NCBI GenBank assembly: GCA_002633005.1
Contig: NMRA01000769.1
Span: 84,476 to 148,475, forward strand
From: Phoronis australis
Taxonomy: Eukaryota; Animalia; Phoronida
DNA: 64,000 nt
Reading direction: 5' to 3'
Position 1 is the first letter of the stretch. Each line of letters starts with the position of its first letter. The notes beneath the pieces were generated by a model. That model saw only the letters and a list, made by a program, of their open reading frames with translations. It had not been told where the DNA came from and did no database searches. This document shows, one piece after another, positions 47,601 through 59,033 of the stretch. Position numbers and translations under genes: made by a program.

Positions 47601-50600
47601 ACAGACATGTACATTGTATGTAATGAACAGAATATTCACCAGAGGGAGCTGTACATGTAAGCATCAAAATTATACAAATCCAATGTAACTAACAGTGACC
47701 ACTACATAATAGAGAAATGTAACAAACCTTCGTCTTCATTACGTGCTACCACAACAGCTTTGCTTTTTGAATAAGGAGGTTCGTCTCAAAGACATGTTTC
47801 TCTAATGTGAGGTACTACACAGTACATTGTAAAACATATCACTTTAATTTGTGAGATTTTGCAAAGTGTTTAACTATATGATGCAATAGATGTACTATCA
47901 GATGTCGTCTAATTAGTTGTAGAAATGATCCATTTTGCCATCATGCCTCACTTTATACAGGAGTCAGTAAACACTACAGGCAGAGCTTGTGAATAGATCA
48001 GTATTATCATGAATATGTAACAGTAGAACCTGTAGACCAGGATTTCTGTTGACCAGAGACGTTGGCCATGCACTTGTGGCGAAAAATCTCTGCTTTTGGA
48101 ATGGGAACAGTGAATTTGACATTCCAAGCTCACCGAACAATCACTTCTGTCAGTGGTCACCATATTGCTAAGTTACGCTAGTAAAGTATTGAGCTAATTA
48201 AAAGTTAGATTCTGTAAGTTCTAGTGTGATCACACTCTCTTCATTTAAGAAACTTGGTCTGCAAAATGCACTCCTGCTGTATATAGTGCAAGTGAACAGA
48301 AACTTTTGATATATTGTAGATCAGAGACAGCAAATTTGAAGATGATTACGTCAACTACGTCTGACACCATGCTACACTAGTACACGTACTGTCAACACCA
48401 GGCTACACTACCACACATACTATAAACACTAGGTTACACTAACACACATACTGTCAACACCAGGTTACACTAACACACATACTGTCAACACCAGGTTACA
48501 CTAACACACATACTGTCAACACCAAGCTACACTACCACACATACTGTCAACACCAAGCTACACTACCACACATACTGTCAACACCAGGTTACACTAACAC
48601 ACATACTGTCAACACCAGGTTACACAAACATACATACTGTTAACACTATGTTACACTAGCACACATACTGTCAACACTAGGTTACACTAACACACAAACT
48701 GTCAACACCAGGCTACACTAGCACATTTCCTCGACCCTCACCAGCCTTCACAGTATCGCTCTTTTTTCCAGCCTCTTCACCTCGTTGCTCTTTCACCACT
48801 GCTTGTCTGTGTTTGATGAGCTTTCTAAAAAGAAACAAAACAAAACATTCTGTTCTGATTTCAACTATGACTCTTAGTTATTTCAACTTAATTGTGATTA
48901 ACACCAAGGACTTGAGGCTGAAAAAATTCAGTCAAAACTGTCGCATGTGAAAGTAAAACTTTTTGGCAATTAAATGTGAGAATCCAGAAGACGGACACAA
49001 ATGCTGTGAAGGTAACAGGTAAGCAGAGTATGTACAAAACATACAGGTCAGCACCCAAAAAAACGACCTTGGACCAGGGGCAGGTTGCCTTCACAAGTCT
49101 TGGACCAGGGGCAGGTTGCCTTCACAAGTGTGGTGACAGACCTCCCATCATCACCTTCGTCCACTTTATTACAGCCATATCCACAGCAAGGGAATGCTAC
49201 ATGTTTTGTGCACACAAAAACAGCCTTAACATTAGTCTATGAAGTTGGCAAGGGCATATTCAGTAACTGTATCTCTTAAGTACGATGTCTAGCTTTTTAA
49301 TTTTTAAAATGACCGAATTTCAAGCACTATACAAGTCACAGTCCGTAGTGAACATTGGCAGCTGGCAACTTCAGGCTTATCTTTAATCTAGTTTCAAATC
49401 CTGTGTTTGCAAGCTTCAAATAATCTTCAACTTTAACATGAACGTCTGCCCATGGACCTCCTGCACATGTCTAGAAGTATACATTTAAGGAAACCTAAAC
49501 TCTAACTCGCATTGCATTGTGGACAATTTTCCTCAAGTTCTGGCTATGTGCAAGCGTTTTATATCAAACTTACTGGAGATTCTCTCGCTCTTGGTGTGTG
49601 TAGTGACCACCAGAGTTCACCGCTTGAAGGTGAATTGCTTCTATGGCCCCGTCAATAGAGCGCAGCACTTCACAGTGTTCAGCCTATAACAGCGCAGGTG
49701 AAAAAAAATCAAACAAGGATAGCAAATGATGTAAAAAATGCATACAGTAACATTTGTAACCAATCAGCTATTTGCACTGACATTAACTTGGTAATGCAAG
49801 CTCCACAATGAGTGATCCATGTCTGTGTGTCCATAAATTGACCATCCTCAGACTGACTGTCAACAGAGGAACCGTCATGAACAGTCAGCCCACAGATATG
49901 TAAACATGGACTTGAAATCAGACTGTTATTGTGCAGGTCACCAACATGTCAAGGAGCAATATGACATCATAAAATGCAGCAGCATGTGATTGGCTACTTC
50001 TTGCTGAAGTGCTGGTAATAATGGTCATCACAAGAAGAAAGCAATGTAATGTGTATTTAATAGCAAAAATGAACAGGTGTTGGGTAAATTAAATTTTGGA
50101 TAGACATGCGTATGGAGCATAAGTTATCAGTATTTCAAAGTTGTACAGGGAACCTTTTCTTTTAATTTTACTGTTCTTACATATTGTCCACGATGACCGC
50201 ACATGGTCATGGGTAACACAACTGGAGGGCTAAGTTAAAGTGAACAGAAAACAACTATCATTGTGAGGTCTATGAGGTGACATCCAAAAGGTCTGGTAAT
50301 TTGAAAATAGATCAAGGTGACTAAATTTTGACAGACTTGGTACCTTTCGATGTCTCCTTCAAAATAGTCCCCCTTGGTATGTACACAATTATTCCAGCTT
50401 TTCTTTGCATTTCTGATACTCTGTTGTCATAATGAAGGACCCAGTCTACGTTTTCCCACTGTTCTGATCGTTTGCGACAAATGCTCTCCCTATTAAGTTA
50501 TTTCAAAACTTCGCAGCAAAACTCCCCATCAACAGTTTATTTATGAGGAATGAATTCCTTGTGAACAATGCCCTGCAAGTTGAAAATGCAATGACATGGA

Positions 50601-51380
50601 CTCTTCGGTCTCAATGAACCATGCGACTCAATTCCAACAACTGTTTCTTAGTCGTGCAGTCATAGCTGTATATTCACCAGTCAATCATAAGACCATATGC
50701 GCTGAACACTCCAGTTCTGTAGTGTTTTGCTTGTCAAAGACCTCCCCAAAGCTAATAATCAACAAAATTTCAACCCTCCTTCAAACCTCCATACCACACA
50801 TACAGCCTGTTTTGGCATGTTATGATTTCACAATGTTTTCTAGAGGTGTCAATATGTTGCAGTTGCAGTCTTGTCAATGTTGAAATCAAAATCTGAGATG
50901 CACATTCGATGCACCTGTAAATCAGCCATTGGAAAATCGCCAATTACGTCAAAGATACCTGGTTAAACATCCAAGGTCCTTGATGCATATGCATCATGTG
51001 AATTACCACACGTAGACATTCGAGAAGGGTGGCACTTATTGAAACAGTCAGACCATGAATTTTTCACTCAATTGTGTTTGCTCGCAACATTAAAATTACT
51101 GTAAGTCTTGGGTAGCACCTCATAATCGAAGTTTCATTCTTAGAGAGCTAAGCAGGGTGAAACACGGCCAGTCCGTTTCAACTGTACAAGATTCTTGAAG
51201 CATTATACTTACAACATCTTTTACTAAATATGTGACTGGCACATAACCCAGCTCTCCAAATCCGTTCTGAACAGTCCACCAATCAGAGGTCTTCCTTTCA
51301 AGTACAGTGAAACGATCTCCTGCTTTGAACCCAAGAGTGCCTTCATATGCAGACTCCAAGTCATAAAGAGCACGATACAT
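35511..51380 (-). CDS. NCKIPSD: NCK-interacting protein with SH3 domain (SPIN90/WISH/DIP1) orthologue, 11 coding exons, 640 aa
   Basis: Exons 51213-51380, 49574-49683, 48742-48824, 42948-43456, 41826-41987, 41027-41113, 40410-40548, 39806-39886, 39211-39432, 36279-36451 and 35511-35699. All introns are GT-AG with consistent phases (1923 nt in total). N-terminal SH3 MYRALY...WW...GYVP, then IDGAIEAIH, a Pro-rich AAPPPPP segment, KDDSQQRSWSLYEDE, YYQME and LYTND..VMIDIIVRQL. Confidence 0.95.
35940..36260. repeat. 70-bp minisatellite, about 4.5 copies
   Basis: Units start at 36001, 36071, 36141 and 36211; the three central copies are identical. Confidence 0.95.
36279..36451 (-). CDS. NCKIPSD: NCKIPSD coding exon 10
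   Basis: DDPV...FLQDLF...LYTNDARVMIDIIVRQLSNL; AG/GT boundaries. Confidence 0.9.
37406..37543. repeat. 41-bp tandem repeat with internal palindrome; last unit split by a transposon
   Basis: TGTACCAGTACTTGAGTACTGGTGTACTGCCCC x3; the remainder of the last unit resumes at 39176. Confidence 0.85.
37544..39171 (-). mobile_element. Kolobok-like non-autonomous DNA transposon with THAP remnant
   Basis: TTAA TSD (37540-37543, 39172-39175); TIR AAGGGRACTGTA; minus-strand MPFCMAPGCSNSSKK...YHR from 38878. Confidence 0.8.
39211..39432 (-). CDS. NCKIPSD: NCKIPSD coding exon 9
   Basis: EHLNGGFVRFLLD...LLLAFNLHF...TEKILLLFNRE. Confidence 0.9.
39806..39886 (-). CDS. NCKIPSD: NCKIPSD coding exon 8
   Basis: [27 protein letters not shown]. 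Confidence 0.9.
40410..40548 (-). CDS. NCKIPSD: NCKIPSD coding exon 7
   Basis: ECRTSIRLLLLQVFGSLC...LPLELARDIQTD. Confidence 0.9.
40660..41030. repeat. Degenerate ~45-50-bp minisatellite overlapping the exon 6 splice donor
   Basis: Repeated TTACACCCCATCTRTTGGCAAGATT...GTACTCACCA units. Confidence 0.8.
41027..41113 (-). CDS. NCKIPSD: NCKIPSD coding exon 6
   Basis: SDANQSICSRVVAEDEYEAVQSLVQYYQM; CAG|...|GTGAGT; not in the ORF track. Confidence 0.88.
41299..41535. repeat. 117-bp perfect tandem duplication
   Basis: Units start at 41299 and 41416. Confidence 0.9.
41826..41987 (-). CDS. NCKIPSD: NCKIPSD coding exon 5
   Basis: ...CKDDSQQRSWSLYEDEGMI...ISIL. Confidence 0.9.
42375..42692. mobile_element. 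MITE (CARGGATATTCCTG termini)
   Basis: CAAGGATATTCCTG / CAGGAATATCCCTG inverted termini. Confidence 0.55.
42948..43456 (-). CDS. NCKIPSD: NCKIPSD coding exon 4 (proline-rich region)
   Basis: KRRAAPPPPP...LVEAVRRSTGLSYGKS; phase 1 in, phase 0 out. Confidence 0.85.
43684..43808. repeat. 15-bp tandem repeat (CCAAGCACACGTCCG), about 8 copies
   Basis: Directly visible. Confidence 0.95.
45771..46790 (+). CDS. Rhodopsin-family (class A) GPCR, adenosine-receptor/GPR119-like orphan type, nested antisense in the NCKIPSD intron 43457-48741
   Basis: 339 aa, 7 hydrophobic helices; GNLLV, LAYADLCVG, IDRY, CWLPF and NSGLNPFIY motifs; N-terminal N-glycosylation sequons. Confidence 0.95.
   Translation: METMEQEHSWNASNYSDSFTEEQWMPVVYSLVDALLFMVICGGNLLVIVAYHRSSRLKTVTNFFIVHLAYADLCVGATLPFHIATFLSKEFLKNFMVCLLRYVVVIVSVSQSVMTLLLMTIDRYVIIEKPFEHDHIMSPAKTRLAVTLTWLIAVVLGFVSPMLWNNGPTSYHANACHLTIILTKQYLWIVLFPSFLVCALIIIILYALLFKTAREKMRQSMMTNPNHQQFKSDMKTSKTVGMVLGFFVMCWLPFMVITGFETFGSTDLNQAMAIDHSRGFVNLMVVLNSGLNPFIYAFRMRDFKKEFKRMLRCPKKIGASSASMHASNSGHADRHTRPD
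48361..48725. repeat. 31-bp minisatellite, about 12 copies
   Basis: CACCAGGTTACACTAACACACATACTGTCAA unit. Confidence 0.95.
48742..48824 (-). CDS. NCKIPSD: NCKIPSD coding exon 3
   Basis: (Q)KLIKHRQAVVKEQ...; TTTTTAG acceptor and GTGAGG donor; not in the ORF track. Confidence 0.8.
49068..49129. repeat. 31-bp tandem duplication
   Basis: CTTGGACCAGGGGCAGGTTGCCTTCACAAGT occurs twice. Confidence 0.9.
49574..49683 (-). CDS. NCKIPSD: NCKIPSD coding exon 2
   Basis: AEHCEVLRSIDGAIEAIHLQAVNSGGHYTHQERENL; TAG|...|GTAAGT; not in the ORF track. Confidence 0.88.
50271..51124 (-). mobile_element. Degenerate, internally deleted mariner (Tc1/mariner) element
   Basis: TA-flanked TIRs TATGAGGTG...GTAATTT; minus-strand remnants IYSYD, GIVHKEFIP, WVLHYDN and WNNCVHTKGDYFEGD, with stops. 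Confidence 0.85.
51213..51380 (-). CDS. NCKIPSD: NCKIPSD coding exon 1 (SH3 domain)
   Basis: MYRALYDLESAYEGTLGFKAGDRFTVLERKTSDWW...GYVPVTYL; GTAAGT donor; upstream acceptor at 51412 implies a non-coding first exon. Confidence 0.93.
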
Positions 51381-51481
51381 CTTGTTCACTCGTCACAAAG
51401 GAAGTCACTTCCTGCAAAAATCATTAAAATGGAAGAAAACATCAAATTTTGTACCCATGAATGTTCGTACTAGACAGATAA

Positions 51482-51571
51482 AATTTCAGTCTAAAACTGG
51501 TGAATAAAACTTACTAAAATTAGCGACGTCGCCAATTTTAGTAAGTTTTATTCCAGTATTAGACTGAAATT
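51482..51571. repeat. ~90-bp near-perfect palindrome (foldback)
   Basis: TTTCAGTCTAA...AAAATTRGCGAC/GTCGCCAATTTT...TTAGACTGAAA. Confidence 0.85.
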
Positions 51572-54168
51572 GTACCTGTTTTCTCAACTGGATGTCTCAA
51601 AATTTCCATGCTTTTTTCGTACTAGACACTTTTAAAACCTTATTACACTCATTAGAATTAATCACTTGGCAAAAATTGTTTAATGGGCCACGAATGCAGG
51701 AACATACCTCAACTCAATGTACTCCCTTCATACGAGCTGACATGGGCAATACTGTAAAATTTTGTAGATCGGCAAAAACATCAGGATTGAAAACATTCAC
51801 TTGCCTAGTGTACCGATCACACCACAATTTTCTGCCCAACGCATTGAATAAAATGGTAATTAAGCAGACTGAAAGCTGTAACCAGCTCAGTAATATCAAC
51901 TCTGCAAATGTGTGGTTCAGATTTTTCACAGCCAGATTTTCTATTAAAGTAAGTATGCCTATCAAATGGTTCACGTTATGCAGTTCACAAAACTGACAAC
52001 AGAACCCTAAGTACTTTCAAAAAAATTTCTGGCACTCACTTTTCAAAGCCTATGCCGTGTATATTCATTTTAAAGTTCATGAAAATGATTTTAATCATTT
52101 TCATGAACTTTAAAATGGAAAGTTCTATTGTTCGATTAAAATCGAACAATAGAACTTTCCAGAAAGAGATCATGGGACACACCCTTTTATTGGCGTTAAG
52201 CCAGCAATCCCAAAATAAGGAAATACAACAGACACCAGAATTCTTAACCGAAAATTTTCAATCCCAGGTCTCTTCTGTATGATCTTTTATTGAAAAATAT
52301 TATCCTTAGGTATATCACCGAGGAGAATACCAGGCTTAAATTTTCCACTTATATGCAGAATACGGCAGATTTGGCACTGCTATATTTGTGCCAGGATATA
52401 CAATATTTTGAGTATTGGACTTTTGTAACATGTAACATGCCCAATTTACGTCCCGGAAACCCCTCCAACACCTCATTAACAATAACTAGCGTTTGAGCAC
52501 TGTAAAACTTAAAACCAGATAGTGCTTTGAAGCGTGCTGGACACGTTTTCATTATGGCCTGACACAACAAGTTTTTAATCTATGGTATTATGTCCCCGAT
52601 CTTCCTTAGCAGATCCATCTGCGAATATATCGCCACTGTTTTGTCCAGTAGTCCCCTGTGGAACCATAATAGGAGGGTCACCATCATAAGTCGACACGTC
52701 TTTAAGAACATAACTCCAGTATACGCCATAACTGAAGAAGGGAGTATTGTGTACACCATAAAACGGGAAAACAAAATTAGTGGAAATCTGGCAAGGTTTC
52801 CAATTTCACCACGATGTGATTACCTGCTGCTTGACCTTTGATCGGAGTTAGACAATGAATGACCCCAATTGAAGGTCAAGCTGCAGCCAATATCACAGCG
52901 ATAGACACATGCCGCACATCATTTAGAGACGAGAATGCAAACCTTGCTATAAATTACAGGGATTTCACGTTCTTGTGTAATTGCACAAACACTATGGTAC
53001 GTACTCCCTGTTTACAAGAGTAGACTACTTGAAGCCAATGAAGGACCGAATAAGCTGGGCAAGGGACTTATGAAGACATTCACTGTCGTTTGATCACCCA
53101 TCGAAGGATCAAACCATTCACTGAAGTCTACATGGGTTGCCTGGTCATGTCTGGAATCCTTGAATCCCTGCACTAAACGGGGTGTGGTCAGAGACAGGCC
53201 GCAGAGAGGATCTTTTGACTGTTCACTCGCCTGACTTTGGAGAATAATCGGTTGCCAGCCACGCCGAGAGAGGAAGCAGTAATACTGAGTAATAGTACAG
53301 ACGTGGTACCGCAGTGCAGCAGGTACTGTCGGGACCCGTTCTTCACACTTTTACCATAGGCATAATATCCTGTCGGGATAAAGACTCAAGACAAGACTCT
53401 GACAGTCTGACAATGAACAGGGACTGTGCGCCATGCCCATAGCCTATGGCCCTATGGGCATGCCGTGGCTGAGCCGACGTAAAAAGACTTGCCTGAATGC
53501 GGTAAGGAGTGTTATACGAAACTAACACTGATTTTGAGAAGTAGGCAACCACTGAAAAACGGACCCGTTCTCCAACAGAAAAATGGTTAGACCTTTCAAT
53601 CAAATTCAGCAAATCGCATGACAAGACTCGATGTTCGCAGAACACTACTGCAAGACATGGAGTTCATACAAAGACGCCCTCTGGTGGTCAATCAATATTT
53701 AGCTTTGGAACCTGGCGCAATCCGCTCCGGAGTGCCCGGCGGAATCAGATCAGCACCCTGCCAGTTTGCAGGCGTCAGACAACAATACTAATTTTTGGCG
53801 ACCTCGAGCATGAGCTGTAGGGGGGGTGGGGGGCACTGATACCTACTGAGTCGTTTTGGGCGTCCGCTCGTTGGAACTTGAAGGAGGGCTCGGGCTGACG
53901 GTCCCAGCCATAAATTCGCCTCGGTCAATTATTCACCATGACAATTAGAAAACATTCAAAAACGACTGAGAAAATCACAAAGCGATCACCGGGCATTAGG
54001 CCTATCAAAACACGGTCCAATGTAGGCCTATAACTAAAAACGTGAGGTAGGCTATAAAGAGACAACGGGTGAAAAAGAATATCAGTTAAAAACAAAATGT
54101 TTAAAAGCTTGAAGACTACGGTTTGCTGCTCAGACAAATACGATGTTACCGATAGCGGTTTCACGCCT

Positions 54169-56180
54169 GAGTGGCGGATATATAGGATAACACAATTAAG
54201 GAGGGGGGCAACATTTTGTCTGTAAACATTTGCTCAAAGCACGATTGTAGATACGCATAGCACCGAATGGGGGAGGTCGGGACTAGGGGGGTTTGTCCCC
54301 CTCCTGCCCAGGAAATTTTTCTGCTTCTTCCTCTAAAAATCAAGCATTTTCCTTGATTTCCGAAGTATTATCCCAGTGGCGGATCTAGGATATCACAAGG
54401 GGGGGGGGCCCAACATTTTGTCCGGCTGCAAGCATTTGCGTAAAGTCAACCACAATTGTAGATGCGCATAGCATCGAATGGGGGGAGGTCGGGAGGGAGG
54501 TTTACCCCCCTCCCGCCCAGGAAATTTTTCTGTTTTTACCTCTAAAAATCAAACATTTTCCTTGATTCCTGAAGTATTATCCAAGAAAAAAAGCAAAAAA
54601 AAACGGAGATCGTGTCAAACAGGAAAAAGTGCAAATTCCGAAGATTCGAACACACGATCTGGCGGTCTGAGCGCACGTGCATAACCACTACACCACTACG
54701 AACCAACTATTAACCATTCACTAAGAGACCTACTCGTTTATGGTCCACAGCGTTTGCGCGCGAAACCTACTTCTTTTTGTAATACTTATTACACGTTTTA
54801 AATTTTGTTCCATCAATTTTAGCAAATTTGTCGTATTTAAAATAGTCTTCAAATGCCCAAAAGACCAAATCCGTCTTTCGTGTTGGCAATAATGACGGGA
54901 TTGCTTTAGAAATCGTCCTAAGAATAAGATAAGTTTTGACAAAGAGAGTATTGAGAGTTTCTGAGTGATTCACTAAGGCTTCGATTAAAGTTCACATCTT
55001 ACCAGCAGCCTCTGTTTTTTCATCGTCACTCAGGTCCCATTTATTTAAAAAATGAAGTAAATTTTCTTCATTGCACAGTGGAGCAGACGACGGAACAGGA
55101 GTCGTAGTGCGCAGCGCCACTGCCGGTCGCCTGGGATATCGCGGGAGAGCCTATACTTAGCCATAGTTCCGTTACGAATGCGCCGTGTTCAGAATTTGAC
55201 ACTTGAAATTAGATTTGAGCCCCCCCCCCCACCCCCCAACACTAAAACTGCACACATTTAAATTTTTTTTCATCCGCATAATTTTAATTAACGGGGTTTA
55301 CTCAACATTTCCCTACGCTCTTACTGTTTTATTTTTTCAAGTTTGCGGCAGCCAAGAGGGGGGGGGGGGGGCCGGGCCCCCTGGGCCCCCCCTAAATCCG
55401 CCTATGTATCCAAGAAAAAAAAACGCAAAAAACAAAACACGGAGAAAGTGTCCGACAGGAAAAACTGCAAGTACCAGACTCGACCTGGCGGATAAACCCG
55501 CATGCTTTACCACTGCACCACCACTCCTAATTTGATACTAAGAGACCTAATTGTTTATGGTCCACAGCGTTTGCTCGCGAAACCTCCTTCTTTTTGTAAT
55601 GCTTATTACATGTTTTATATTTTGTGCAATAAGTTCGTAACAAATTTGTTGTATTTAAAATAGTTTTCGATTGCCCAAAAGACCAAATCCGTTTTTTGTC
55701 TTGGCAATAATGACGCGATTGCTTTGGAAATCGTCTTAAGTTAAGGTTTAACAAAGAGAGAATTATGAGTTTCTGAGGCTTCGATTAAAATTGACATCTT
55801 ACCAGCAGCTTCTGTTTTTTCATCATCACTCAGATTCCATTTTCTTTAAAAAACGAAGTAATTTTCTTCATTGCAAAGTGGAGCAGACGACAGAAGCGGA
55901 GTCGTAGTGCCCAGCGCCACTGTCGGTTGCCTGGGATATCGCGGGAGAGCCTATACTTAGCCATAATTCCGTTACGATTGCGCCGTGTTCCAAATTTGAC
56001 ACTTGAAATGTATCTGAGCCCCCCCCCCAAACACTAAAACTGCACACATGTAAATCTTTTTTCAGCCGTATAGTTTTAATTACCGGGGTTAATTAATAAA
56101 CTCAACATTTCCCTGCGCTCTTGCTCAGAAGCCAAGGGGGAGGGGGAGCGGGCCCCCTGCCCCCCCTAAATCCGCCTATG
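54169..56180 (-). mobile_element. tRNA-cassette non-autonomous transposon (outer copy), interrupted by a second copy of itself
   Basis: 54169-54373 joins 55412-56180 colinearly with the family; ends TAAATCCGCCTATG. Confidence 0.85.
54374..55406 (-). mobile_element. Full-length (~1.03 kb) tRNA-cassette non-autonomous transposon (inner copy)
   Basis: Termini CAGTGGCGGATCTAG / CTAAATCCGCCTATG; TSD TATCC at 54369-54373 and 55407-55411. Confidence 0.9.
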
Positions 56181-58249
56181 TCAGGTGCCAAAATGATCGA
56201 CACTTCCAACCAAGGAATTGCGGCCAAGACTGAATAGCCAAAGCTTTGTGAAGCGTGCGACACTCGTCCACAAGATACAACCGTCGGGCTACTAATTTTT
56301 TTGATGGCCGTGTGCATATCAATTGAATAGTCAACGAGAGTGTAAGTTTTAGGTCTACGTATTTCAAGTTACTAAAACTTCTGACAATCAAAGATTTCTG
56401 CGATTTTTTGACTAAGTACGAAGTTTTAGTAGATCTTCAACCGCAACTGTGGCTGGCTTTGCATCACATGAACCAGATTTCACGTACGTTATTCTGAAAC
56501 ATTTTTTACCCTGTCTCCCATGCTCTCCCGGGTGCATATATACCAGCCGCCACCACTTGACCACTTGGGAGCGTATGTCATCGACGATTGCCACTCTGAC
56601 TCTCAAATATGCAGATGTGAGAGAACATCTTGCCATGATTTTGCGTATCTAACGGCTACCTTCACGAACTACTTTATCAACGTTTCTTGAATGAAATGGG
56701 CGCAAAATAGTAACAACCTTCGTAGCCTAAACCTGGACTTTGATAAAACCACTCTTTAATAAACTAAAACGAAATCAACCACTTTGGCGTTCCAGGGATG
56801 AGGTAGCGACCGGGGTGCGGTGTAAAATTTATAGGCGAGGAAGACTCCTAAACCGATGTATGGGGAAAATTGTACCACTTTGCCCCAATCCCGAACTCGG
56901 CCAAGTCCGGATAGGCCTATATGACCAGGCTTCACTGAGGAAACAAAATCTTCACTGCCGTTTGACTTCGATCATGTGCGCTCTGATCCTATCTCGGCTA
57001 GGGTAAGCATACACGTAAATACACCGAGAGACATTGAAAAATATAAACCTTATAACTTCACTACGAAAACAATTCATAGCAGGCGTCAATTATGTCAAAT
57101 CATCCACATTTACAGAAGTAATGATAAAAACGCCACCAAGAGATACCCGCATGAGACAATCCTCAACCTCGGTAACCGCTGAAGATATGATGTAAGCAAG
57201 TCGCGTACCAAGTCAGGTTAAGAAGTACACCACCGGGGTCCTCGACGCCTCGATTTCGGGGCCGAATGTCGACCACCATTACGCTACGAAAAATTAAGAA
57301 TTACGCGAAATTCACCTCATCAGACCCAAAAATTTCCCTCCAATGATTAAAAATTCCTCCCAAGGTTAGAATCACTTATACAAGACATTAATTTTGGCTA
57401 CTCAGTTCAAGTGCATGGCGGTGACCGGCCGGGAGTTTCCCTTACCAAAAGACCCCCTCTGCACTGAGTAGACATAGGCACCTTTCCTCTCAGATGAGTG
57501 AAGCAGATTTATGATTGGCTGGGACGACCCCCTCCCCTCCCCGGGCCCACGACATCCCGGGTCTGACACCGGATTTTCACCTGATATGCAATTATGCGTA
57601 GCAGTCAGTTCAGTGACTCAACAAACTTTCCGTCGTCATTTTCGGTTTTAAAGAAGTTGTATTCTTCCACCATATTATTTTGTGAAAAGATCACAGTCTA
57701 GTTAAGTGCACTTGGCACAAAATAATGATTAACTCAGCCGAGTGCCTCCTGGTGGGCTGTTCGGGTGAAAATGTCACGCGTACATGTAGGCCTACACCAG
57801 GCAGTTAAGTATAGTTGATTGATCCATTTTGTTATCTTTGTGCTGTTTTGTTATGTTTGTGGTGGTTTGTTAGCACAGATTTAAGAAGACGGCAGTTCGC
57901 GTTCCAGTCATATCGAAGCGTTGTTTGCGTTGTCATATGTTTCTATGTTGCCAAGTTTCTTTTTTCGTGCTTGATTGGTAAAATATTCATAGTTATTAGC
58001 ATAGTACCACAGGTACGATTCTGATGTCTGAAAGGTACGAATTAGAAAATCGATCACGTGAATGGTATTTTTAATGACTTTTCTACAACCGTGTTTTGCA
58101 GCTAAAGCATTATCGTTGTTCTTCTAAATCACACGTGCCATTGTACGTGTGAAGCCACTAAGGGCTATGAGATAGCTCCTGATTCCGTGGCTAGTTCAGC
58201 CAGACATAGAGAGAGGCGCATCCTTAAGTGGTGCCAAAGCAGTATCTTT

Positions 58250-58852
58250 CCCTAATTACGCTCGTAATTACGACCGAGACTTCGCTCGTGTTTTACGACC
58301 GTGGTCAACATATCCAATGAGAAATTGGCCTGTAGGCCACTTGAGCTCTGAAGCAGTACGCTCGCATTTTTCTTTCGTGATTTTACGTTCGTAGTTTTAC
58401 GCTCGTACTTTGATGAACATGTTATGAAGTGTTCCGAAGGTAAAAATGTCAGATAACAAAGTATGTAAGAGCAAAAGATTGAAAAATATCGAAGGCTGAC
58501 TGAATCTTTTTACTTGCTGCTCTAGCCATCCAAGGCATTTGAAAGTGGTCCGTGTACATAGCGAGGTGCCTAACATCTAGCAGGTTGTCTGACATTGCTT
58601 TTATTTTGTTTCTTAAAATAGCATGCTTTTTCAATATCTAAAATTGCAAACATAAAATAACGAGTGAAAATACGAGACTAAAGTGTAAAATTACGAGCGA
58701 AAAATAAAAACTTCTTTGGAGCTCACGTGACTTACGAACCAATCCTCACTGCATGAACGATTTCGGTCGTAAAACACGAGCGAAGTCTCGGTCGTTAATT
58801 ACAAAAGTAGGCCTAATTACGGGCGACAGCTTTTTCCTAACGGCCCACGATA
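58250..58852. mobile_element. Element related to the IS3EU-like family at 26874
   Basis: Inverted ACGACCGAGACTTCGCTCGTGTTTTACGACCG arms, AATTACGCTCGTAA motifs, and right end AACGGCCCACGATA. Confidence 0.6.
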
Positions 58853-59033
58853 CAGACTGTTGCAACACACGCTGTCGCTTTCGACACATATTGTCGCCCG
58901 AGAGCGGACACGGCCGAGTGCGACAACTGTATATGACGTCAACGTACATCGACATGTAGTGTGTAGGTGCTCACGGCATACATTGTCGCACCTTGGGGGT
59001 GTCGAGACTGACAACATGCTTTATCAGTGTTAT

